Below, in pieces: positions 51,067 to 61,447 of a stretch of DNA of 64,000 nucleotides. A program made the position numbers and the translations under genes. Position 1 is the stretch's first letter, and every line of letters begins with the position of its first letter. The stretch comes from Spirochaetota bacterium (GTDB lineage: Bacteria > Spirochaetota > Spirochaetia > JABEVK01). The notes under the pieces were generated by a model. That model ran no database searches. It saw nothing but the letters and a program-made list of their open reading frames with translations, and was not told the origin of the DNA. The DNA lies in the NCBI GenBank assembly GCA_020049045.1, contig JAIFLN010000019.1, forward strand, positions 3,609-67,608, given 5' to 3'.

Positions 51067-52789
51067 AGCAGTCGCAGGTATCCTTGCATTGTTGCTTCTC
51101 GTGCCCGCACTGCCCGGTCATGGTGCCGACAGCTTTCCTGAAGAGCCGAGGGAGTCGGGTGTTATTCTCCTTCCAGGAAGACTTCCCTGGGGCCCGAGCG
51201 CCCTACCGACAGGAGAAATTCTTGCACCTTGCGAAGACCAGACGATTACAGTCCTCAATGAAATGGCCTTGGTTCTTGACCAATGGCAGGCCAGCGCCCG
51301 ATTTTCCGCATTGGTCACTGTCGGTCCCCGCAGCTCCTTTCAGCTGCTGGCAGTCCCCCTCGTAACGGGTCGAGTCGAAGTGCTCGTCTGGGACCCCCGC
51401 AGCCGTGTCTTGGCCCCGGCTTTCACGGTCAGCCATGCAGCTGAGGCTAGCGCTTCCGCATGGGATGCCTCTGGTACACTTTCCATAGGATGGCAGGATG
51501 GCCACGTTGAGTCCTGGTCCTCCAAAGGAATGCAGCTCTGGACAACAGACCTACACCTTTCCATCCGTTGGCTGCTCGTTGATGAGAGCCTGGGGCTTTA
51601 TGTCTTTGCCCCAGGTGAAGTTCGACTGTTGGACAACCGAGGGAGGGAAATCCGCCGGTGGCCTTTGGAAGGAACCCCCAAAGGAATTCTCCAGACAATG
51701 CGTGGAGACCTCTTTTGCTGGACAGAGGGGGGTCTCTGGCGCAAAGGCTACGATGATTCGGGCTTCTCTTTGATCGATCGTTCCGTATCCCTTTTGGGGG
51801 TGGTGTCCGACCGTCAGGACCGCTTGATTCTCACCGAACCCAATCAACTCCGGCGCATCGGTAACGATGGGGCGCGGCTTTCCGTCATACCGCTCCCCCG
51901 AAAAGCGCAGATCGCCGCCGTCTTGGATGACCGGGGCCGTATCCTCGTCGGTACGGTCGGCGGCATGGAAGCGTGGGCCTATGATGGGCGTCTGCTCGGG
52001 ACTTTGGATACGAACCCTGCAGCCTCTTCGCCTCTTCTTACCGACAGGGGTCTCGGAGCTTGGAGCTCTAGCGATTGGAAGGTCCATGTCTGGAGCGGTT
52101 TCCAGTGGCAAGCCTACAGTTGGCCTCAAACCGGAGGCAACTCTGGCAGGAGCTTTTCGGCTAAAAGACCGGCCAGTATCGCAGCGCGGTCGGTCAACTG
52201 GACTGGGGATGCCGATTTCACCTACTTCTCCCAGCTTGTGGCCAGCGGTGAAGAATCGAAACAGCGTTTAGTCCTGGAGCGGTTTGAGGCTCAAGCTGCC
52301 GCAGGAACCCTTCTTGAGACCTGGCCCTTTGCCAATCTGGTTCTTTTGAAAATCGGCCGGTCAGGGCTGACTGACTTGCAAATGAACCGAGGGAGAGTGG
52401 CCAATAGCTGGCCCTCTCTCCGTCTCCGTGCGTACGCTCTTCTGGCCCGCACGGCCACTCCTGAGGATAGAGAGGAACTGCTCACCCTTCTCCATCGGGA
52501 ATTTGATCCTGCTGTTGCGGCTCAAGGAGCCTTGGCACTGGCACGGTCAGGGTGGGATGGCGACGGACAACTCATGCGGCTGCTCTACGAACTGCAAGCC
52601 AGGATGTCCGACCAAGTCGTCGTTGCCGATGCGGCGATCGATGCGGCACGCACTCTTTGGTTGATCAACGGCCGAAGTGCGGACCCATCGCTGATCCCGC
52701 TTGTAACAGCCGTATTTCAGGGTGCATTTCCTCGGACCGTCAAACAAAAAGCCCAGAAGTTCTTCCAAGACCTGATGGAAGCACCCTGA
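51053..52789 (+). CDS. Hypothetical secreted protein (beta-propeller-like N-terminal region plus HEAT-like C-terminal repeats)
   Basis: 578 aa; signal peptide (ILALLLLVPALPGHGA); Trp/Gly-rich repeated strands; C-terminal helical repeats. Confidence 0.35.
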   Translation: MSDCRAVAGILALLLLVPALPGHGADSFPEEPRESGVILLPGRLPWGPSALPTGEILAPCEDQTITVLNEMALVLDQWQASARFSALVTVGPRSSFQLLAVPLVTGRVEVLVWDPRSRVLAPAFTVSHAAEASASAWDASGTLSIGWQDGHVESWSSKGMQLWTTDLHLSIRWLLVDESLGLYVFAPGEVRLLDNRGREIRRWPLEGTPKGILQTMRGDLFCWTEGGLWRKGYDDSGFSLIDRSVSLLGVVSDRQDRLILTEPNQLRRIGNDGARLSVIPLPRKAQIAAVLDDRGRILVGTVGGMEAWAYDGRLLGTLDTNPAASSPLLTDRGLGAWSSSDWKVHVWSGFQWQAYSWPQTGGNSGRSFSAKRPASIAARSVNWTGDADFTYFSQLVASGEESKQRLVLERFEAQAAAGTLLETWPFANLVLLKIGRSGLTDLQMNRGRVANSWPSLRLRAYALLARTATPEDREELLTLLHREFDPAVAAQGALALARSGWDGDGQLMRLLYELQARMSDQVVVADAAIDAARTLWLINGRSADPSLIPLVTAVFQGAFPRTVKQKAQKFFQDLMEAP

Positions 52790-52819
52790 GGCTGGCCTTA
52801 CCGCAGGATTTTCGGTAAG

Positions 52820-53350
52820 ATGAACTCAACAAACATGTCGAGACCTGTAACCTTGCTCCGTGCCCTGGTAGCCAATGACTCAGCCTTTGTTTTGGCTACA
52901 CGCAGGTATGTTGGAGAACTGATCCTTTCGTGTTATCAAGACCGCCCCGATGCACTGCCCTATGCCGAACGCTTGGCGACAGCTTCGGCTGAGCTGCTTG
53001 AGAATGCTCTCAAATTCAGCCCGCCTGGCTCCGATCTGGTCGTGAGGTTGAGCCGTACGTCCAGTGACCTTCAACTCCAAGTTGGAAATGCCCTTCGCGA
53101 AGAGGCTCACTCGGTACTCGAATCTATCCGCAGAGAAATCGGTACGGTCTGGGCTGAAAGAGATGCCCGCGAAGCTTTCCGAAAGAAAGTCATGGCTTCT
53201 CTGGCCGACCCCAAGGCAAAGGCCATGCTCGGTTATGCCAAGATCCGCATGGAAACCGGTGGACATTTGAGAGCTCGTCTTGGAGCCGGTGGCAGACTTG
53301 ATGTGACTCTCACGTTTCCCCTGTTCCCAAGCAGCCAGACCCTTCGTTGA
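52820..53350 (+). CDS. Hypothetical protein, possibly degenerate GHKL/anti-sigma-factor-like ATPase fold
   Basis: 176 aa. ELLENALKFSPPGS resembles the N-box of RsbW-type HATPase domains. The G1/G2 glycine boxes are not evident. Confidence 0.25.
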   Translation: MNSTNMSRPVTLLRALVANDSAFVLATRRYVGELILSCYQDRPDALPYAERLATASAELLENALKFSPPGSDLVVRLSRTSSDLQLQVGNALREEAHSVLESIRREIGTVWAERDAREAFRKKVMASLADPKAKAMLGYAKIRMETGGHLRARLGAGGRLDVTLTFPLFPSSQTLR

Positions 53351-53407
53351 CAGGGCCGGGTCTCCATGGTATTTTGGGATATTCCAATCCCGTCTCAAGG
53401 ATGAGTC

Positions 53408-54916
53408 ATGCCCTCAAACACTGTGAAGTTTACTCCAGAAAAGCCTGTCAAGGAAAAGCGGTCCCATGGTCTGGGCATTACGATATTCTCATCCATCATT
53501 CTGGTTGTGATTGTGGTCACTTTTGTCGGTGCACCCGTTGTCTCACGAGCTAGTGAGCAGCCAGGAGTTGTTTTTGGAAGCTACGATGGAGTTCCCATTG
53601 AGTTTGTCCAGGGGAATCTCTTTTCCCAGCAGGTAGAACAGCTCAACCGTTTTTATGAGCAGTTCAATACTGGCGGGTCCAATATCGATTTTCAGAGGCA
53701 GCTCGTCTGGAGACAAGCCTTTGAACAGACGGCCCTTCAAATAGGGCTCAAGCGTGAGGCGGAACTGGCTGGTATTGTTGTCACGGACGCTCAGATCGAT
53801 AAACAACTGGTAATGCATGCCGCTTATCAGAAAGATGGAAAGTTCAGCGAAGAGCTTTACCGGATGACGACCTCGGCAGAACGGTTCAAATACCGCCAGG
53901 AGACCCGGGTTGAACTCCTGGTCAATCAATATGCTGTAGACCATACGCAGACCCCGCTTCTTTCAACGGCGACGAAAGAATTCATTGCCAGTCTTGCTTA
54001 TCCGCAACGGAAATTCTCCTTTGTTACCTTCACGGATGCAGATTATCCGCAGGAATTGGTCTCGGACTATGCAGGCAAGAATAAAGAGCTGTTCCGGACA
54101 ATTGACCTGAGCCGAATTACGGTCAGTTCGTCGGAAGGTGACGCCAACAAGGTACGGGACGAAGCCGTCAAAGGCGAAAAAGCCTTTGCTGACCTTGCCA
54201 AAACCTACTCCAAAGATTCTCTGGCTGAGTCCGGTGGAGCTCTTTCTGTCCGGCACTACTACGAATTAAAGTCCGAAATCGCCAAAGCTGAAGATCTCGA
54301 CAAATTATTCGCACTCGCCAAGGGCGGTATTTCGCCGGTGATCAAGAGCGACAAAGACTGGGTCATTTATCGGGTAAACACTCCCGCTGCAGATGCGGAT
54401 CTCGCCAGTGTCGATCTATTGGCTGTAGTACGTGCTTATATTGCAAGGAACGACCGCGGCTTGCTTGAGGACAATCTGGAAGCTCAGGCCAAGGCCTTTG
54501 GTGTGGCGGCAGGAGCCGATTTTGCGGGTGCCGCCAAGAAGTTGGGCAAACCAGTCGGAGTCTCCGGGTGGGTTTCTCTCAATTTCGGTAATCATGAGCT
54601 TTTCACTCCCATCACAGAGGCCAGTCAGGACCCCATTTTCCAAGGTCTAGCTTCAAACGAGGACTTCTTCAAAAAAGCCTTCCGACTTGGCGAGGGACAG
54701 ATCAGTTCGCCCATTTTGGCATCACCTGCCGTCCTTGTTGTTCGAGTCGATCAAATCAAAACAGCTGCGGCTGCCGATGATGTACCTGTGACTGTTTCGG
54801 CCGTGGATTCTTCCGCCTACTCGGACCGCAGCCGGGAGTTGCAACAGCAGATTTTGGCGAGTCCCAAGTTCAAGGATGTCTTTCAGGCCGAATTCGATCG
54901 ATTGTTCACTCAATGA
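53408..54916 (+). CDS. PpiD-like membrane-anchored periplasmic chaperone/parvulin PPIase
   Basis: 502 aa; N-terminal TM anchor (ITIFSSIILVVIVVTFVGA), SurA-N-like region, parvulin-like segment (SVRHYYEL...GGISPVIKSDKDWVIYRV). Confidence 0.5.
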   Translation: MPSNTVKFTPEKPVKEKRSHGLGITIFSSIILVVIVVTFVGAPVVSRASEQPGVVFGSYDGVPIEFVQGNLFSQQVEQLNRFYEQFNTGGSNIDFQRQLVWRQAFEQTALQIGLKREAELAGIVVTDAQIDKQLVMHAAYQKDGKFSEELYRMTTSAERFKYRQETRVELLVNQYAVDHTQTPLLSTATKEFIASLAYPQRKFSFVTFTDADYPQELVSDYAGKNKELFRTIDLSRITVSSSEGDANKVRDEAVKGEKAFADLAKTYSKDSLAESGGALSVRHYYELKSEIAKAEDLDKLFALAKGGISPVIKSDKDWVIYRVNTPAADADLASVDLLAVVRAYIARNDRGLLEDNLEAQAKAFGVAAGADFAGAAKKLGKPVGVSGWVSLNFGNHELFTPITEASQDPIFQGLASNEDFFKKAFRLGEGQISSPILASPAVLVVRVDQIKTAAAADDVPVTVSAVDSSAYSDRSRELQQQILASPKFKDVFQAEFDRLFTQ

Positions 54917-56484
54917 ACAAGACACCCCTCTTGACCTGGAAAGGTCGGAGGGTTAGATCACCTGAAGATTCGCCTGAGAGTTCCATAAGAAAGGTTCCCG
55001 ATGCTCCGTTGAGGTCTGGGAGCCTTTTTTTTGTTCCCTCACCCTTGGAAGGCTGGGGTTTAGATGTTCTGCTAGAGCGGCTTCCAAGCGATTCTATTGT
55101 GGTTCTTTTTGAAAAAGACGATGACCTGAGAGCCCATTGTCGGCCTGCAATGGAAGACCTCCTCGGTGAAAAAACAGAAGATTGTCGACTCTTCTGGTTG
55201 GAAGAAGATACGGAAGCCAGTATTCGGTCGCTCATGTCCAGCTTGCCTCTCAACGCTTTACGCCGCTGTGAATTTCTGACCTTGAACGGTGCTTGGCTAT
55301 TTTATAGAGTTCGTTACAGAGATATTTTCAACAGACTTGAAGATGGTCTGACCCGATGGTGGTCCAATCGGATTACCTGCTTGCACATGGGCCCTCTTTG
55401 GATTCGCAACCTGTTTACCAATTTGGCAGCGGCAGGACCAAGCTGGACACCTTGGCCCGACTGGGGCAGCGACCCCATTTTTGTTTGCGGTGCTGGGGTT
55501 ACGCTGGAAGAAGCGCTTCCTTGGATTCAAAAACATAGGAATCAAATCCGCTTGTTGGCAGCTGACACCGCTCTGCCCATCCTGAGAGATTGGAATCTGG
55601 TGCCCGACGGTGTGGTCTGCCTTGAGGCACAACACGCTAACCTACGTGATTTTGCCGGTTGGACTGGGGCACCAGTGCAACTTTTCACCGACTTGACATC
55701 ATTTCCACCCGGCTCAAGAATCTTTTCCCGTGCACCTTGTTGGTTTATTACAGAGTTTACGGAACTCTCTCTCTGGAGCCGCTGGCCCTGGAGCCAATCG
55801 ACTATACCGAGAATTCCTCCGCTTGGCAGCGTGGGCGTGGCCGCCGCCTGGATTGCCTGGAAACTCAGCAAGGGTCCAGTAATCTTAGCCGGCTTGGACT
55901 TCAGCTTTCCCCATGGAAGAACCCATGCCAGAGGAGCCCCCAGTCTGTCGGCAATGGCCAGTAGAAGCGATCGGCTTCACCCCATGGAACAGACTGGCAC
56001 CTGGAGGACAGAGGGCATACGCAAGGACACGGCCACGGGATGGCTCACCACTCCGGTTATGCAAGGTTATGCCTGGGTTCTGTCGGATCAGGCGCGCTCC
56101 AATGCCCTGCGGACAGCGACCTGGAGCGACCAAGGGCTTGTCATGGATCTACCAGTCTGGAACCGTTGCATTCCCGGGAAAAAACTTCAACCGGCAACGG
56201 TTCAGAACCTGGTAACGTATGAGGAAGATCCACGGGAATGGCTGCAAACTGAGAAAACACGTTGGAAACAACTGCTGGAGAGCTTTGAACGGCTAAACCG
56301 GGATCCAGGGTCTCAGGAAAAGCTATCTCACCTCAAGTCCGATTTATTGGAGGTCGACTATCTGACCTTTTCCTTTCCTGATCCGGAATTACGACTCGAA
56401 TCCGACTGGTTGATTCGCGCCCAAAGACAGATCCGGTGGATTCTGGAAAGAGTCGAGACTCTTAGTCGTCGTCACTCGTCTTAA
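54913..56484 (+). CDS. Hypothetical Trp-rich protein, possibly DUF115 (MptE/motility-accessory-factor-like)
   Basis: 523 aa. Central Rossmann-like segment (PIFVCGAGVTLEEALPWI...LLAADTAL...VVCLEAQ) is reminiscent of DUF115. Confidence 0.3.
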   Translation: MNKTPLLTWKGRRVRSPEDSPESSIRKVPDAPLRSGSLFFVPSPLEGWGLDVLLERLPSDSIVVLFEKDDDLRAHCRPAMEDLLGEKTEDCRLFWLEEDTEASIRSLMSSLPLNALRRCEFLTLNGAWLFYRVRYRDIFNRLEDGLTRWWSNRITCLHMGPLWIRNLFTNLAAAGPSWTPWPDWGSDPIFVCGAGVTLEEALPWIQKHRNQIRLLAADTALPILRDWNLVPDGVVCLEAQHANLRDFAGWTGAPVQLFTDLTSFPPGSRIFSRAPCWFITEFTELSLWSRWPWSQSTIPRIPPLGSVGVAAAWIAWKLSKGPVILAGLDFSFPHGRTHARGAPSLSAMASRSDRLHPMEQTGTWRTEGIRKDTATGWLTTPVMQGYAWVLSDQARSNALRTATWSDQGLVMDLPVWNRCIPGKKLQPATVQNLVTYEEDPREWLQTEKTRWKQLLESFERLNRDPGSQEKLSHLKSDLLEVDYLTFSFPDPELRLESDWLIRAQRQIRWILERVETLSRRHSS

Positions 56485-58309
56485 GCACCGACAAAAAGGC
56501 GCTTTGGGGAAGCTCAACGCTTCCTACCATCTTCATGCGCTTCTTTCCCTCTTTCTGTTTGTCCAGCAGCTTCCGTTTCCGGCTGATATCACCACCATAG
56601 CATTTCGCCAGCACATCCTTGCGGAAAGCTTGGACTGTTTCACGGGCAATGACAGTATTGCCGATAGAGCCTTGAATGGCGATTTTAAACTGCTGTCTTG
56701 GAATTTCGTCCTTCAACTTGTCGCAAACACTGCGTGCCCGGTCGTAGGCATTCCCTTTGAAAACAAGCATGCTGAGGGCATCCACTCCCTCACCGTTGAT
56801 CAGGATATCAAGTTTGACCAAGTCCGTAGCCTGAAAACCCGCCAGGTCATAATCAAAACTTGCGTATCCTTTACTGATCGACTTCATTTTGTCGTAAAAA
56901 TCAAACAGCACCTCAGCCAAGGGCATTTCGTACCGCATCTCGACACGGGTCTGATCGAGGTACGTCATGTTAGTCTGAACACCACGTTTTTGGGTGCAGA
57001 GGGTCATGATATTACCGAGATACTCCGTCGGGGTAATCACGGTTGCATGAATATACGGTTCCTCGGCCATTTCGATGGTTGTAGGGTCTGGAAAACCAGC
57101 GGGAGTTTCGATGGTAAACACATCGCCTTTCTTGGGGGTGATTCGATACTGAACCGAAGGACTGGTGAGTATGATGTTGAGATCAAATTCCCGTTCCAGC
57201 CGCTCCTGAACAACTTCAAGGTGTAGTAACCCCAGGAATCCACACTTGAAACCAAAACCAAGGGCCGCAGAACTATCTTTTTCGTAAATCAGCGCCGCAT
57301 CGTTGAGTTTGAGTTTTTCAAGTGCTTTGGCCAGTTCTTCATACTGATTGGAGTCAACAGGATACAGCGACGAAAAGACCACAGGCTTGACGTCTTTGAA
57401 GCCCTCCAGTCCCTTCAAACAGGGGTTGGAATCAAGGGTAACAGTATCACCGACCCGGATATCACTGATGTTTTTAATGCCGGCGATGATGTAGCCGACC
57501 TCTCCCGGTCCCAAAATTCTCGTCCGCTCAAGGGCGATCCGAAAATAACCCACCTCTTCCACGACATAGGTACCGCCTGTGTTGAACAGCCGTATCGTGT
57601 CACCCTCTTTCAGGGTTCCTTCGAAATTTCTGACATGAACAACAACACCTCGAAAGGCGTCGTAATGGCTGTCAAAAATGATCGATTGCAGCGGAGCCGT
57701 GTCGGAACCTTTTGGCGAAGGAATATGGGCAACAATCGCTTCCAGCAATTCATCCATTCCCAAGCCGATTTTGGCGGAGACAGGGATGGCAATATCGGAA
57801 TCCAGCCCCAGGTCGTGATCAATCTGGTGCTTAATCCGTTCGATATCCGCCCCAGGCATATCGATTTTGTTGATCACAGGAATGATTTCCAGATTATGGT
57901 CCATGGCCATGTAGAGGTTGGACAAAGTCTGCGCCTGAACACCTTGGGTGGCATCAATCACAAGAAGGGCACCTTCGCAGCTGGCGATGGCACGGCTGAC
58001 TTCATAACTGAAGTCTGCATGACCGGGAGTATCGACAAGATTGAGGATGTACTGCTGACCGTCGGCGGCCGTATAAGGCAGGCACACTGCCTGACTCTTG
58101 ATCGTGATTCCCCTCTCCCGCTCAATGTCCATGTTATCGAGAAGCTGGTTCTGGAAGTTGCGGTCATCAATGATTTTAGCCCGCTGAATGAACCGGTCGG
58201 CCAGTGTCGATTTGCCGTGATCGATGTGGGCAATGATGCAGAAATTTCTGATTCGGGAGGTGGGATGAGGCATGGGCGGAATGGTACCCGAAATGGTCGG
58301 GAAATTCAA
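56462..58309 (-). CDS. lepA: Elongation factor 4 (LepA)
   Basis: IRNFCIIAHIDHGKSTL, DTPGHADF and NKID G-motifs; LepA-specific C-terminal domain. The ORF track start appears to be a TTG 12 codons upstream of the more typical ATG (MPHPTSRIRNF, about 58273). Confidence 0.9.
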   Translation of the reverse strand: MNFPTISGTIPPMPHPTSRIRNFCIIAHIDHGKSTLADRFIQRAKIIDDRNFQNQLLDNMDIERERGITIKSQAVCLPYTAADGQQYILNLVDTPGHADFSYEVSRAIASCEGALLVIDATQGVQAQTLSNLYMAMDHNLEIIPVINKIDMPGADIERIKHQIDHDLGLDSDIAIPVSAKIGLGMDELLEAIVAHIPSPKGSDTAPLQSIIFDSHYDAFRGVVVHVRNFEGTLKEGDTIRLFNTGGTYVVEEVGYFRIALERTRILGPGEVGYIIAGIKNISDIRVGDTVTLDSNPCLKGLEGFKDVKPVVFSSLYPVDSNQYEELAKALEKLKLNDAALIYEKDSSAALGFGFKCGFLGLLHLEVVQERLEREFDLNIILTSPSVQYRITPKKGDVFTIETPAGFPDPTTIEMAEEPYIHATVITPTEYLGNIMTLCTQKRGVQTNMTYLDQTRVEMRYEMPLAEVLFDFYDKMKSISKGYASFDYDLAGFQATDLVKLDILINGEGVDALSMLVFKGNAYDRARSVCDKLKDEIPRQQFKIAIQGSIGNTVIARETVQAFRKDVLAKCYGGDISRKRKLLDKQKEGKKRMKMVGSVELPQSAFLSVLKTSDDD

Positions 58310-58322
58310 GGAAGAAGACTGA

Positions 58323-59906
58323 TCAGAGAAAGAGTCTGCTCGAAAAGGGGACCGCTAACTGAACAACAGATTCTAGATATCCCCCCAGACGCCGCTTGAT
58401 TTTCCAGCGGGTAATCAAGGCCTTATTTTCCGTGTCGGCAACCCATTCCAGTACCTCAAGGGGATCATTCTCGGCCAAAGAGAGCTCCTCGGCAGCCGTC
58501 CCTGGCCAGATTGATTTGACTCGGAAAACTCTGTCCAACCCAGGGGATCGATCTTCAACGACGACTCCATACGCTAGAGGCAGCACCCTCTCGGTCAGAT
58601 CATCCCTGGCTGCATCGCGAAGGGGGAAATCAGGTCTGGGCTCAAGGGTCGACCAAAGACGCAATGGTCGCCCTTCCCGCTCCAAATCCAAGGGAATCAC
58701 AGCATCGATGCCAAAGTCCAACAGTCGGATTTGTGCGGCTGACAACTCCTGGGTAGGTACACCAGCAATACCAACCACACGATCTCCAATGCGAACTCCC
58801 GCCCAATCCGCAGGACCACGAGGGGTGATATACAGAACCTGCAATCCCTTGTGGTCCTCCTGAACGCCCATCCCCATCCAAGGCAGTACAGCCTTGCCCC
58901 CGGAGTAGAGAAGAGGCAAAACACGACGAACCAAGGATGTGGGAATAGCAAAGTTGACGCCTTGAAAGTCTCGGATGCCAGCAAAAACCACGCCAACAAC
59001 TCGACCGTCGGAATCGACCAGTGGTCCACCACTGTTGCCGGGATTGATGGCCGCGTCAATCTGCATGACTTCACCGACTGCCAGAAGAGGACGGTGCACT
59101 GCAGAGACGATTCCCTCCGTCAGAGTGGCCTCAAGTCCCCCTGGAGAGCCCAAGGCCTGAAGCCTCTGACCGGGAATAAGATCTGGTCCCGAACTCAGAG
59201 AAAAAACAAATTCTGGTTTGAACTCTACTTTGAGAAGAGCCAGGTCCATATTCCTGTCCCAGCCAATCACCTTTGCTGGCAGCCTTTCCCCTTTGGAACC
59301 TGGAAGCCGGACGGAAAGCCTGGAACTGAGACTCGGGCCTGGTTCCACTTCCGACTCGATTACATGGTGATTTGTGAGCAAAAATCCGTCTGATGAAACA
59401 AAGAATCCTGAGCCGATGACAATATCTGGTTGAGAGGCCCCGTTTTCGACTTTCAGTCCCCGATTGACCAAAACGGTTGCCGTCCCCTTCAACCAAAGTG
59501 AGGCCTGGGATCCTTCCACTTCCACGGCTTCTGAAACCGGTGGCACCCAACTGCCATTTTGAATCAGAGAAAGCGTCGCCTCGAGGTCCAAGGTCTTTCG
59601 TCCACCGGCCTGCGTTTTGGCTTCGGCAAGACGATCTACCAACTGAGACTCAAGCAAACTGAGAAAAGCGGCCTTCTCTGTGGAGACTTCGGTACGGTTT
59701 GCCACAAGAATCCAAGCTTTTCCCCATCGTTGAGCCAAGAGTTCTTCTTGAGCCAGCTCAAGAGCGGTGGGAAGACTGGGCGGGACTATTGCTGGTGCCG
59801 GTACTGGCGGAAGGTTTAAGCAACCAGTGAGGAGAATACCCAAAAGAGAGGAAAGCACCAAAAACCGGTTCAAGGTCGGTATTCCCATTGAGGCATGGTC
59901 TCCCAA
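58323..59906 (-). CDS. htrA: HtrA/DegP-family periplasmic serine protease with PDZ domain(s)
   Basis: 527 aa; signal peptide; catalytic His (TNHHVIE), Asp (DLALLKV), Ser (GNSGGPLV); C-terminal PDZ-like region. Confidence 0.8.
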   Translation of the reverse strand: MGDHASMGIPTLNRFLVLSSLLGILLTGCLNLPPVPAPAIVPPSLPTALELAQEELLAQRWGKAWILVANRTEVSTEKAAFLSLLESQLVDRLAEAKTQAGGRKTLDLEATLSLIQNGSWVPPVSEAVEVEGSQASLWLKGTATVLVNRGLKVENGASQPDIVIGSGFFVSSDGFLLTNHHVIESEVEPGPSLSSRLSVRLPGSKGERLPAKVIGWDRNMDLALLKVEFKPEFVFSLSSGPDLIPGQRLQALGSPGGLEATLTEGIVSAVHRPLLAVGEVMQIDAAINPGNSGGPLVDSDGRVVGVVFAGIRDFQGVNFAIPTSLVRRVLPLLYSGGKAVLPWMGMGVQEDHKGLQVLYITPRGPADWAGVRIGDRVVGIAGVPTQELSAAQIRLLDFGIDAVIPLDLEREGRPLRLWSTLEPRPDFPLRDAARDDLTERVLPLAYGVVVEDRSPGLDRVFRVKSIWPGTAAEELSLAENDPLEVLEWVADTENKALITRWKIKRRLGGYLESVVQLAVPFSSRLFL

Positions 59907-61447
59907 GGTAAATTGGCACCGGAGAAAACCAAAGCACTCATGTTGTTCTTCCCTGACCAGAGAAAAACTCGATCAAGGGGTCTCCCTTGACCATAAGGAT
60001 CCCATAGCTGTACTCCTTCGGGAAAAAGAACAAATTCCGTACGCCCATCTTTGCCGGAACGGCTTTGAACTTGTGTGAGCTCACCTTGACGGTAGAGCTC
60101 ACGTAAGTTCGGTTGACTAAGCCCTGACGGATCCCGGTAAACGGACGCTAAGGCACCTGACCGATAGTACGACCATTGGTCATCATTTCCATCGCCGTTC
60201 GAATCCTCTATAGAAAGCCAAGCCTGGCCTTGGAAAAGGAAAACCTGACTGAGACGAATCCCTTTATTCCAGGTTTCTACAGAGGCGGCATCCAATGCCA
60301 ACCCTCGGGGATCAAGAGGTAACCACAATTCAGCCAAGGCCACAGGAAGACGCTCCCAGGTATCGGAAAATCTCTCTGTAGGCCAGAGAGGTATCTGATG
60401 TGACAACGGACGGAAACGAAAAAGAATGGATTGGCTGCCCCAGCGGTACTCGAGCTCTTTTGCCAGAGGATACGAGTCGTACCGAAGGGTCCAGCGGGCA
60501 CCAGATCGGCTTTCCGTCAAAGAGGACGGACGCCCCTCCTGAAGGGATAGTGTCCAAAGTCCTGCCTCAGTATAACGGGACCAAGTGACAAACGCACCAT
60601 TTTGAACAATCAGGTGACTTTCAGAGTACCCATCGGTATCAGCATCCCAAAACCATGATCCATCATGCAGGTTTTTACCCTGACTTGGGGCGGACGAAAG
60701 CCAATATCCGTAATCTTCGGACAAAATTTGATCCATCTGGCTGGGTTTGTATCCCGATTTCACTAACAACTCTCGGACAGACGGCTTACTCATTAAGATG
60801 GAACGGAGGAATAAGGACGACCAACCACCGTTCAGCGAAAGATCTCTTGCTATCAGAGCTCCCGCTTGGGAAACCACAGATGGATGACGCACTGCCAAAG
60901 GCAACCATCGGCGATCCTCCGGATAAAGACGTACCAACTGGTTCAGCAGTGGTGGCACAGAGGAAGGATCGGTCTGCTCAAGAACCTCAATTCCCCGAAC
61001 AAGCGTCCGAGGATGGTAGGCTTTTTCTTCCCAAGCCAGCCACGCTTGTGTCCATTCACGGGTATCTGATGAGGGATCCCAAGCAAAGAACAGAGTTTCA
61101 CCCCAAAGACCTGAGGGGATTCGACGGAGTACAGGACGGGGCCAAGACTGCCTGAGAGCTTGGACGGCAGAGGTGTTATCCCCCTCATACCGGTCGATCC
61201 AGGAGCCGATCAGCGTTATGTCAGAACTCTTTTCGAGAGAAACTGCGTCGGATCGCGCTCGAATCAAACCGGGCCAGAAAGGAACAACCTTCAATTCCGG
61301 CCTCGCTTCCACTAAAGGGAGGCCCCTACGAACCGACTGGTTCAGATATTCCTTCCAAAGCCGGTCTGTCCTCCCCAATTCTTGCGCTCCCAAAAGCACT
61401 GAACCGAGGAGGAATCCAATTACGACGAGAACAAGACGGATCATCAC
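59870..61447 (-). CDS. Hypothetical secreted Trp-rich protein
   Basis: 525 aa; signal peptide (LVLVVIGFLLGSVLLGAQ); no recognised catalytic motif. Confidence 0.35.
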   Translation of the reverse strand: MMIRLVLVVIGFLLGSVLLGAQELGRTDRLWKEYLNQSVRRGLPLVEARPELKVVPFWPGLIRARSDAVSLEKSSDITLIGSWIDRYEGDNTSAVQALRQSWPRPVLRRIPSGLWGETLFFAWDPSSDTREWTQAWLAWEEKAYHPRTLVRGIEVLEQTDPSSVPPLLNQLVRLYPEDRRWLPLAVRHPSVVSQAGALIARDLSLNGGWSSLFLRSILMSKPSVRELLVKSGYKPSQMDQILSEDYGYWLSSAPSQGKNLHDGSWFWDADTDGYSESHLIVQNGAFVTWSRYTEAGLWTLSLQEGRPSSLTESRSGARWTLRYDSYPLAKELEYRWGSQSILFRFRPLSHQIPLWPTERFSDTWERLPVALAELWLPLDPRGLALDAASVETWNKGIRLSQVFLFQGQAWLSIEDSNGDGNDDQWSYYRSGALASVYRDPSGLSQPNLRELYRQGELTQVQSRSGKDGRTEFVLFPEGVQLWDPYGQGRPLDRVFLWSGKNNMSALVFSGANLPWETMPQWEYRP

